Assembly: GCF_006345805.1 (NCBI RefSeq)
Contig: NC_043004.1
Coordinates: 28,458,001-28,522,000, forward strand
Reading direction: 5' to 3'
Source: Octopus sinensis
Taxonomy: Eukaryota
DNA: 64,000 nucleotides
Position 1 is the stretch's first letter. Each line of letters starts with the position of its first letter. Below are positions 53,202 to 64,000 of the stretch, piece by piece. The notes below the pieces were generated by a model. The model searched no databases. It saw nothing but the letters and a program-made list of their open reading frames with translations, and was not told where the DNA came from. The position numbers were made by a program, and so were the translations under genes.

Positions 53202-53235
53202 AAGATTGATAGATAGACAGATAGAGACAGAGAGG
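53141..53235. repeat. (AGAT)n microsatellite without a Tx1 insertion
   Basis: Directly visible. Confidence 0.97.
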
Positions 53236-53980
53236 GAATACATCTACATATAAATATTCAAACTTTTGTTTTCGTGTCTATACACAAAAATACGTTCTAT
53301 CGTTCTTTACATACTAGGCTGCCTTCAATGTTCTTTCAATACTGCATAAATAGAATATATAAATATACACAGGCACACACAAAATGTATACATGTGTGTT
53401 TATACAAAGCTATAACTACGTATAAATATAGAGAGTATGTACACAGTTACCTCAAGATCATCTTTACAAATTTTCTATAGAAATTATAGCTAGCACTCAT
53501 TGTGTTACGACGTTTCATCAGATGTAACAAGCATCAGATGTAAACGGTTGTGGGAGGATTCTGACTACCTCCAAATGACTGAAGGTAGACTGACTCATTG
53601 TTATAAATTAAAGCACCTTGAGCGATTGGCAGTTCGTGTTGGTAGGTGTTGGTAAGTGAGCCTTTGATATAAAGATTTGAGCTTCGTGAAATAGTAGTAG
53701 TAGTGCGTCGTGTATAAACTTCCTTCCCCCTGCTTCGTTATATAATATGTCCAATACAAGGGTATAAAATAAACAAGCATTGATATCGAAAATGAAGAAA
53801 TGAGTAATGGGCGTATAAGCTATATTTCAGGAGTTTTTGCTCCTTCATCAGCAGCCGTCTAACTCATTAATCAACCACGAACTCATTGCTTCAATAGCCA
53901 CCGTATAAAGCGGTGTAACATTATTTAGATATACCAATTTACATATTAAACATATTCCTGGAAGCTGGTACGTATCTATT

Positions 53981-54378
53981 GGAAGGAAGGAAGGAAGCAC
54001 TCCGTCGGTTACGACGACGAGGGTTCCGGTTGATCCGAATCAACGGAACAGCCTGCTCGTGAAATTAACGTGCAAGTGGCTGAGCACTCCACAGACACGT
54101 GTACCCTTAACGTAGTTCTCGGGGATATTCAGCGTGACACAGAGAGTGACAAGGCCGGCCCTTTGAAATACAGGTACAACAGAAACAGGAAGTAAGAGTG
54201 AGAGAAAGTTGTGGTGAAAGAGTACAGCAGGAATCACCACCATCCCCTGCCGGAGCCTCGTGGAGCTTTTAGGTGTTTTTCGCTCAATAAACACTCACAA
54301 CGCCCGGTCTGGGAATCGAAACCGCGATCCTATGACCGCGAGTCCGCTGCCCTAACCACTGGGCCATTGCGCCTCCAC
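53981..54378 (-). mobile_element. tRNA-derived SINE family D, full length, with 11-bp TSD
   Basis: Head GTGGAGGCGCAATGGCCCAGTGGTTAGGGCAGCGG...GGTTTCGATTCCC has A and B boxes; (TTCC)n tail; ACGTATCTATT at 53970-53980 and 54379-54389. Confidence 0.92.
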
Positions 54379-56060
54379 ACGTATCTATTAATGACTTGTA
54401 GGCACACATTATGCAACCATATGTTACCATACACACACACACACACACACACCCACACGCTCAGTTACTCACTCACGTATAAGGATATATACATACGGTG
54501 GTCACGTTCCTATGCGAAGTCTTCTAAAATGGCAGCTTGATTCGAATCCAGGCTTCGAAAATTTGTTTCCTTGTCTCACAAGCCTTTAACGTCCAATCAT
54601 CCGTCAAAAATTCATCTTACAAATTTAGTACTTGCCGAAATTCCAGGAAAGAAACTAGCTTCTTGAAAAAAGATTGTTCTCTTTACTTCTGTTTGTCTCC
54701 CCCTCTCCCTCCCTCTCTCTCCTTCCCCCCTCTCTCTCTCTCTCTCTCCCTCATTGTTTCCAAAGTCTAACGTTGATGTCATTCACTATTTTCAAACTCT
54801 CACTATTTTACCAACACGCATTAAATTTTTCACTAGCTATAATCAATGTCTCTACGATTAGCTCGTTTTATCTTCTATAACTAGTTTTTCTCTTATATCA
54901 CTAAGCAAACACATTTCCAAATATGTATAGCCCAATTGTTATTTGTTACGTATAATGGAAAATATTCCTACATTCTAGAAGCGTCACTAGATTAAAACCA
55001 TTAACTAGGTATACTTAATGCGTATCGTTGGAAAACCAGAGGTTGCAGCTTTTGCAAAAGAAAGTGGAATAGGCTTGTGCGATATATACAGTGACAATGT
55101 AAAAAGAATACACTGGTCTGCAAATGATGCTGCTAAAGCTGAATCAAATTCGAATCATGCAAAAGAAGCAGCTCTAGATTAAAATCATTATCTATACAAC
55201 GTATATTGCAGTGTGCCAGGTTGTTGATATGAAATCGTTTGTTGAGTGAGATGTTGCTGAAGTCTGGTTGGGTCATTGTGCCAATACAACCTCACGTTTT
55301 GATTCTAGTTCACTTCTTTCAAAGATTATTATTCAGCTGGCAAACTAATTAACTAATTAACTGACATATTTCTTGACTACTCGTTTGATTGATTAATTGA
55401 AGGTTTTGTTGATGCCATGTGCACCTGATTTGCTTTCACCGACTGGAATATTGTTCCCTTGGACTAGAACCCACTAGAGAGTGATGTAATAGATCTGCCA
55501 ATAGATCTGGCTTTGCGAAAACCATACTGATCGTCATTAAGGTGACAGAGAGAAGTATTTGAGAGAGTGCACCAGGACGATGGTTGATATACTTACATTG
55601 ATGGTATAATGAGGATACACTGATAGTGATTGCATCGTAACCATGTAGTGATAATGTACTGATAATGATATATACCTATGATCCTGGAATATCATGTCTG
55701 CAAATGAAAAGAAGCTCATTGAAAGTTCATTCAAGCAACTACATAATTGTCTAAAAAGTGAAATAGGACCAGCATAAGTTTTAATTGGCAAAACGACCCT
55801 CCCAGGCTACAACACGCTGTGCGCATAAACACAAACACACACATACACTTGTGCGCCTGCGTGTGCGTGTATGGTATGCACGCGCAATACGTAAGTATTT
55901 GAGCGTAGAAGAAGATGGGATTATTACAGAATCGCTTGAATATGTGTATTTATATGTGTATGTAAGTATATGATGTGTAAATATGTCGAATTTGTGTTTG
56001 CGTAATTATCACGATAATTACATGGCGATAAAAGTGGAAAAGAGTTGCATCAAGCATTAT

Positions 56061-56490
56061 AGGCGTAGGAGTGGCTGTGTGGTAAGTAGCTTGCTTACCA
56101 ACCACATGGTTCCGGGTTCAGTCCCACTGCGTGGCACCTTGGGCAAGTGTCTTCTACTATAGCCTCGAGCCGACCAAAGCCTTGTGAGTGGATTTGGTAG
56201 ACGGAAACTGAAAAAGCCTGTCGTATATATGTATATATATATATATATATGTGTGTGTATGTTTGTGTATTGTGTTTGTCCCCACCCCACCCCCACCCCA
56301 ACATCGCTTGACGACCGAGCTTGGTGTGTTTACGTCCCCGTAACTTAGCGGTTCGGCAAAAGCAACCGATAGAATAAGTACTAGGCTTACAAAGAATAAG
56401 TCCTGGGGTCGATTTGCTCGACTAAAGGCGGTGCTCCAGCATGGCCACAGTAAAATGACTGAAGCAAGTAAATGAGTAAATGAGAGTAAT
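56061..56490 (+). mobile_element. tRNA-derived SINE family B, full length, internal (AT)/(GT) tract
   Basis: A box (tggctgtgtggtaag), B box (gggttcagtccc), tail gactgaagcaagtaaatgagtaaatgag. Confidence 0.92.
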
Positions 56491-57035
56491 GAGAGTATTC
56501 AATCATAGAGTATCAACAATTAAGAGATTAAGAGATTAATAGATTAAGAAAAACTTCTCAGAATTTATTGTTGTTGAAATCTCACCTAATATCTTTCTGC
56601 AGTTTGTGAAATATACACAATAAATTACTTAGGTACAGTTAAATTGAATGATTTGTGCCATATTCCATGGCATAAACAGATTATTCTTTCGTTTTGGTCT
56701 ATTTTTGTATGAGCATATGTAAAACGTATGTATGTGCGAATGCATGGAAATTGTTTTTGTGTGTTCCTTATGAAGAAGAAATATGCCTACATAATTTAAC
56801 AATGTTTTTAGACTCTGAAAAAACAATCGATGTTTAAAAATACAACTTTTATGTGTGCCCTCTTTTCAAGTGAAAAAGCGATTTTGCAGTGAACCATAAA
56901 TAATATTGACCCGATCAACTCATTTTGTTCTCTTGTGGAATGAGTTTTATAACGATAAAAATGTAAATAGTAACCCTTCATTTGGGCATTGTTCTCAAAT
57001 CAAATTACTTTGTGTGTGTTGTAGCCTCCTAGGCT

Positions 57036-57083
<48 letters not shown>

Positions 57084-57827
57084 AAAACACAGACACACTC
57101 ATACGCCTGTACGCGCGCGTGTGCATGTGGTATGCGCAACATTTGTGAATTAAACTACCATCCGCTACTTATTTGATTAATAAACGCTTACATAAACACA
57201 CATAAACCACCTTTATTCATACATAAGCGTACACGTGTGTAGTTTTTTTCAAAGAATTTACGTCAATAGTAGTAACTGGATATTCCTTGGTTATTTTGAA
57301 AACATCATTACAAAGTAGAATTTTATAGAGAACCGTAAATTATAGAATTGCTGTTGAAATTGTATTTTGTTTGAAATATTTGATATTTTAGATGATGTAA
57401 AAAAAATCCCATAAAACGTAGTGAATGCGCAATCTAAGTTGACAACTTCTCTGGATACTTGAGTCCTTGTTATAAGTTTGTCAACTCTAACTTGAAAGTT
57501 GTAATCTATTATTTTTCACTTTAAGAAGTAAACTGTCTTAACTATAGAACGAAATCGAAAACAGTCTGTTTATAATATTATTCTGTGATTGTCCAACAAA
57601 ATAGGTAAAGTAGTGTTCAGCCCTTATTTCTATAAAAGTTCATATTCCTAGCCTTGAAAATTTAGTTCCAATAGACGAAGTATTAGAAGTTGCTTTACTG
57701 AGCTGCTTCGTCACAAACGTCTGATTAATACAGATCTAGTTATGACTCTACGAGTCTTAAAGTGTGGCCTTGAGGTAATTAATACTGCTTGTGAGGGGAT
57801 TTGGTAAGCAAAATCAGTGCAGAAGTC

Positions 57828-57829
<2 letters not shown>

Positions 57830-57868
<39 letters not shown>

Positions 57869-57985
57869 GTGTGTGTGTGTGTGTGTGCGCGCGCGCGTGT
57901 GTGTGTGCGTGTGTGTGTGTGTGTGTTTGTGTTGTGTGTGTGTGTGTGTGTGTGTGCGTGCGTGTGTGTGTGCGTGTGCGTGTGC

Positions 57986-58042
<57 letters not shown>

Positions 58043-58056
58043 CGTACGCGCGCGTA
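57830..58056. repeat. long (GT)n/(GC)n microsatellite
   Basis: Directly visible. Confidence 0.98.
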
Positions 58057-58389
58057 TTTATATTCTTTATGGTTATGCTGAGGCTCTGCCACTAGTTTCA
58101 ATGTTTGTTGAGTTCAAACTCATTTCCCGAACGTCCCACCAAAACTGTTCTGGATGAAGTAGTGAAGTCGACAAAGCTGCCGGTCCTTTATCTGGTATCC
58201 CAGACTTCATCTGGTATCTCAGAAAAAAAAACTTGTCTAAATGCTTTTAATACAACCTTATATACACTTCGTAGATCACTGAGTGTTTCGAGTTTTTCCT
58301 TTACTTTTTGTCTGTTTTTTTTCTTTGACAATGTATTGAAAAGTTGTGGATAATTGAATCCTAGATTGTTAGTGTATTGGATCCTTACT

Positions 58390-59110
58390 CCAGATGGAGA
58401 GGGTAAGATGCTTGGTACTATGCCGTGACGTCCATTTCGATGGCAATTATAGTTTTCAATTTCAATGTTGGGTGCTAGACTTTAAATGTCATTCGCGTTT
58501 TCTCTGTAGGGAGTACAGACTCAGTTCTTTTAGCCTCTTCAAGTGATGCATCTGTTGCACCTCCTTGCTCTTGTATAACCTCGAATTCCGCTGTCAGTTT
58601 GACTCTCCGTGGCAACTTTCATTGGGAGCAGCAATCTAGGTGATTGAGAAGGAATGTTCTCCATAGGGAACAGCATGGTTTCATTTTCCCGTGACGTGAA
58701 TGATCTCAGAGTCTAACGAGTCTGTCGCTTGCACATTATTACTATCTTAGTAATATGTACTCTAGGAATGTTTGGAATTTCTCCCCTGTTCAACTGTATG
58801 TTGGTTTCTTCAGATATCTGCGTCCAGGTATTTCTGTGGTTTTGAGTTATAGCTAGGATCCTTGGCTGCTTATGGAACTCTTGTATTATTAGCTTAGCAG
58901 ATAAACGTAGCTGACTATATGACTTTGGGCATGTCAGAGAGAACCACCACGGATCCCGCTTTGAATAGGTATCTTCTCGGAGCGAGTACCTTATGGTTCC
59001 TATTTATCAAAGAGTCACGTGGCCAGTCCCTTAGTTTTCCATCGATAATAATTTCACGCACTTTTTGACATATTCCGTGATCGGCTTTGTCGAAGGGGTT
59101 CCCAAAATGT
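58390..59110 (-). mobile_element. CR1-like LINE RT relic
   Basis: Minus peptides F..PFDKADHG.CQKVREI.IDGKLRDW (AFDKVDH motif) and LKRLKELSLYSLQRKRE. Confidence 0.65.
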
Positions 59111-61039
59111 ATAAATGTATGTATATATACATGTATGCACATGAGCACGCACGCACACACACTCACACATATGTGTGTATATATAGACGCACATATATAT
59201 GTATATATATTCATATATATATATATATGAATATATATAAATATATATATGTATGTGTGTGTGCATGTGTGTGTGTGTATAAACACCCATACACACCTAA
59301 ATTTTAAGTTTTTCATCCGGTTATCATTTAAAATGGAAACGACATTAACAAGTTCGACGTTCTAACCTTCGGTTCAAGAAAACACCGTGTTCATACCACT
59401 ATGAATAATTATAGCCTTTGCTTTTAATTAATATCTACTATAGCCCTACCAAAACTCTTCCGTATTACAATTTCTACAGTTTGAAGTGAATATGTATACA
59501 AAAGGGCAAATAAGGACAAAGTGTAAGTATAAGTATAAGTAAGGTGGAATGCAAAATAATATCCTTTGTCTTAAATAAAATAGCCACATTTGGATTGTTT
59601 TATTTGATTAAGATTTAATTTTGTGATGTTTCTTTAAGGAAACAGCTGAAACGTAATTCAGACTAACGATAACAACTAATTTTGTCCAGTGTTACTCATT
59701 TACTGAATTCATTTGGCTGTGGCCAGGCTGGGATATGGCTCTCGATGATATAATCAACTAATTCTACTCCAATACTTAGTTTTCCGATTTCGTAAGAATA
59801 ACGGGAAGCAAAATTGGCTTGAACGCAGAACGTAAATGCGCCTGAGCAAAAGACATCATGTATATCGTAAGTCGTTCTACCATCATGCGTAAGGATAAAT
59901 ACAAAGTCACCTTGCTTAGTATATAAATACATACAAATTCAATTTCACGTTAATGATGCTGTTATTGTTGCTTAGCTCTTGAACAACATTATCTAAAAGA
60001 CCTGTAATCAATAGGCATACCATTCATAAAATCCCGTCTTTGTATAGGTAAAAGTACATTGTCGAATGTGATCTTTACATTTATAAGACAGCAGGGTGTG
60101 TGAATTGACGAAAATTCAACCGATATTTCTAGTGAGTGAACAGCCATATAGAGAAAGATTCATCTAATCGGGTACTAACGATAGAAAACATAATATCTGT
60201 AGATGTTTATTATAACATATTTGTGTTCTCAAATCGAATATTATCGGAGTCAGTTGTGCATTTTATCATGCTGGGTTACGTAAAGTAAGTACCAATATTA
60301 TACTAAAGTTTAATCAATACATGCTACACTACAATTTTATTCCTCGTTAAGGAAGAACACTGGTAATAAAATAATAGTTGTCCAGGGTAATTGCTTTAAT
60401 GCAAAATATTTTTATTTACAAATCTTGATAGAGAATATCAAATTTTATGAGTCCGTCGTCTTTTTATCTTTTTATTAATTCTATTGACTAATGCCGAAGA
60501 AATTATCTGGTGTGCATTGATTGACTCTAGACTTGTTTCAGTCTAGTTTTCTAAACACTAACAGTTGGGGCAGAATAGTACCCATGCAGTGAACATTTTT
60601 GCTGCCAGTTTAGATAGATAATGATGCTATGTAGTAGGGTAAAGTCATATACATAATGATGACAGACACACTCCAACACCTGGCCCACTCACTGGTTTGC
60701 TGTTTCTGTTCTATGTATTTTATTACTGCTGTTATAATAATTTCTGTTTCCCGAAACTGGTACGTCTTGTAGCGTATCCATTTAGGAAATCGTCAATTAC
60801 ATTTCAGTATCGTTCTGTCCCACATCCCCAGGCACTGCAGTAACCAGAATACCCAATCTTTCTTCTCCACAATGTCAGCTACCTGGAATCTCTTCCCCAT
60901 CTTGAGTATCGATTTAAATTACTTTAAACAGAACAATGACAACACCACTCTCACCATTCTCGGCAGGTTTAGCACAGGCATTGTCTCTTCTTTCACAGCC
61001 ACCAAGTAAAAGCCTTTTTCTGTCAGTGCAAACAGTACA

Positions 61040-61620
61040 TTATCAAGATACCATGATTATCAGTATATCGTCACTGTACCTTCACTCCTAGTATATCTTA
61101 TTATATTCTAACTATTAGAAGTCATCGCTATCACTATATCGCCTCTACGCCAACACTATCATCAATATCCGTATACCATCACTATAGTATCACTATCAGT
61201 ATATTATCATCAGACTATCAATATTAGTATACCATCACTGTATTATCACTATCAGTATATTATCCCTATACCATCACTGTTGATTATATCATTCACATAC
61301 CATCTTTATCAGTGTATCATCGCTATATCATCAATATATAATGATTAAATCATCGTTCTCTGTATACCATCATCATCAGTATATTATAACTATCGTCATT
61401 AGTGCGTCATCAACTACATCATCCCTGTACTATCACTAGCTATATGTTATGATATCAAAACAATCAGTATCTAATCACTATACCATATCTACCCGCATAT
61501 CATCCCTATACCATCACTATAACTATACCAGCACTATACCTACCATAACTATTGGTATATTTTCAATATTCCATCACTGTCACTATATCACCACTACGTT
61601 TATCACCAGTATAACATAAA
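61040..61620. repeat. degenerate ATC/ACTAT-rich tandem low-complexity tract
   Basis: Recurrent (t)accatcactat(at)ca-like units over ~580 bp. Confidence 0.8.
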
Positions 61621-63816
61621 ATTACATGTGTTAACATGGCCTCTTAATTCGTCTTCTAAACACTAGAAGTGTTTATCAGCATTGTTGAAGACCGTTATAT
61701 CTAAAGACATTATGGCTATTTCGTTGTCTACATTGAGTTTCTTGTGACTTTGTTGAACTATATTTTATATCTGTTTATTGATACCTGGATAACTTAAGAT
61801 ATTAGTCCAATTAGTGCGCTACTGTTAGAACCTTTAACATGTCAATGTCTAAGATATATTCACGTTTAAGAAGTTATTCACCTCCATGATAACACATTTA
61901 TGGCATTCACTTGCGTATTTATGTGTGAATTTATTAATGTATTCAATTGAATTTTCAGCTGACCGTTACTGATCTCTTTAATTGTTTGATTTATTTTTAT
62001 TTATTTATTTATTTATCTATTCATTTATTTATTTATTTATTTATTTAATAGTGTTTTAATTTATTCTATATATCCATCTTCATTAGCTGTAAAAACAAAA
62101 GTATCTCTTTTATCACTTCTCTAATAATAAAGCTTTTATTGTTCTCAAGTTCGTTAATTGTTTCTCTTAATATCGTTAGTGGGCGTATACAAATGTCTAT
62201 AGGAACGGATATTAAGTCAATTATATCGTTTAATTAACAACAGCGTTTAGGCATCCATATTAGAGGTGTGGTAATTTTTCGAGGAATATTCTGCAGTCTA
62301 ACTTCAAGTAGCAATTCTACCGAATTTTGTCTTAAGCTGGAAAGGCGCGGAACTCTCATGTTTTGTGTTTAAAACGGAATACTTAACTGCAGTCTAAATT
62401 ATTCCTTATACATACTATGTTGTATTATAGCCAAGACGGTAGCATCCTAGACTTGATATATTTATGATATAATCCAAGAAAGCAGTATCTTGTGCAAGGC
62501 TTTTCACACAGATAAAGGCGGCGTATTGATGTTTCATTATAACATTTTTTTTAAGTTGGGGCAGTTTGGGCTGGTGCGTAGAAGGTTATAGTGATAGGGA
62601 AAGGTTTGAGAACTTTAGTATGCTGGTTTATTTTGTCAGACAATGACGGAATAATATAACAGGGTGAAAGTGTATTAAAGTGATTCTATAAGACTGGGAG
62701 ACAACATGATGCTTCAGAGAAGTCGGAAGCGCCATGAGTTTAATAGAGATACAAGGATAACACACAGAACTCGGTGAACGAATCACGGTTTGCCAATTAG
62801 TCAGCTGGCAATTTTGCACACAGCCTAGGATATCTGGATTATCCCCGTGGCGTCTATTTATCCATCAAGGTTTCTAAATTATGCTTTGTTTATCTTGTAT
62901 ACCTTAATGTACAAGAAACTGGAAACATATCTGAAGCTTTTAATTCATCTAGAGAAAGTAAAGCGTGAATGTAACCCTAATAATACAAAGTTGTTTGGTT
63001 TCTTATTTGCATCTGAACTAGCAAATTGTATTAATCCATTACATTTTAATTTTTGTTGATTTATACACACAGATACACACACAAACACACACACACACGC
63101 ACACATATTAGTTCTTGATTTATATATGCAAGAACATTAGATGGACTTGATGCATATCTGAAACTAAGCAACACAAGTAAACAATGATTACCTTTCTGAG
63201 GAGCAATTTAAGCGGGGGTGGGTAGGGATGAGTACATATAGAGAAATACTTTCTTCTGGCAAGTTATATCTAAAAGTACTGACTTTAGTGTGAATAACAG
63301 GTCTGGGCTTTCATATTCTTCAATGGCTGTAGTCGGAGTAAGATATATTCTGGGAATGTAGGCATGTCGATACGCTTATTTTCACTAAAGGATCTAATTC
63401 AAGGCTTTTGACATAAATTTGAACTGTATGCTTTTCAGCTCATTTTCCAGTTGTATGTCATTCTACATCTCGGTCTTGTTAGTCTTTTCTTGATTAAGGG
63501 TCCTATCTGACTGTGTGATGGTATACAGACATTTACGTTTAAGTAAACATTTATTTCTCTTATCTTTAAATTTCTTATTTATAGTTATTTGTCTTATCTT
63601 TAAATGTAGCGTTCTCTAGTCTTTTAACTGAAGTAAGTTCAGTGAGTGTTAATGAAACTTAGATGATCATACAGTTGTTCTGATCAGTCAGCTTACTTGC
63701 TATACATATTTTATTCTGACTAACCCTGGAAATTCAGCAATTATTACTGTGACATATTGATAGCACTGTTTTATTTAAAAAAAACATGGAGTTCTGTTAT
63801 TAAATCCATTTATATA

Positions 63817-64000
63817 CGAGGTGGTATCCAAAAGCTGATCTAGAAAAATCTCTGCGCATTTGGATTTTATTTAGCCCAAGGTCAGCACATAATAGGTTAG
63901 ACCTATTATCAAAGTTGTTCCATCCGAGACAACATCATAATTCATTCAGTTCATGAACATACGTTTTATCCAATGTACCTTTCCATTTTCAAAACTGATC
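63817..64000. mobile_element. mariner-like element end, running off the window
   Basis: TA followed by CGAGGTGGTATCCAAAAG, resembling mariner TIR starts; the rest lies outside the window. Confidence 0.45.

Noticed and set aside
54300-54378. tRNA gene call for SINE heads (also 56061-56135 and 16164-16250)
   Set aside because: A/B boxes are present, but the sequences continue into SINE bodies with tails or TSDs and lack a full cloverleaf acceptor stem.
2056-59316. Dozens of low-complexity ORFs (IYLS, THTH, YIYI, poly-T/V/L/N, CVCV)
   Set aside because: Translations of microsatellites, not genes.

Overview
AT-rich, microsatellite-dense eukaryotic DNA with no host protein-coding gene, true tRNA/rRNA gene or CRISPR array that I can support. 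The SINE/LINE families and repeat texture suggest a coleoid cephalopod, probably Octopus (inference). The window is a mosaic of mobile elements: Tx1/L1-clade LINE copies (one young, open over about 550 codons), three R4/Dong-type LINEs sitting in trinucleotide arrays, a ~550-bp non-coding element present in 3 near-complete copies plus a fragment, several tRNA-derived SINE families, Tc1, mariner and Merlin relics, RTE and CR1 relics, and two elements with inverted repeats. Main result: a SINE derivative carries the same terminal ~42 nt as the Tx1 LINE at 2218-2260 (36/42 identical, ungapped) and repeatedly sits inside copies of its own parental SINE as head-to-tail arrays, while the Tx1 LINE itself sits precisely in (ATAG)n arrays. 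This looks like a target-specific Tx1 LINE/SINE partnership. Nearly all ORFs in the supplied track are microsatellite or antisense artefacts.
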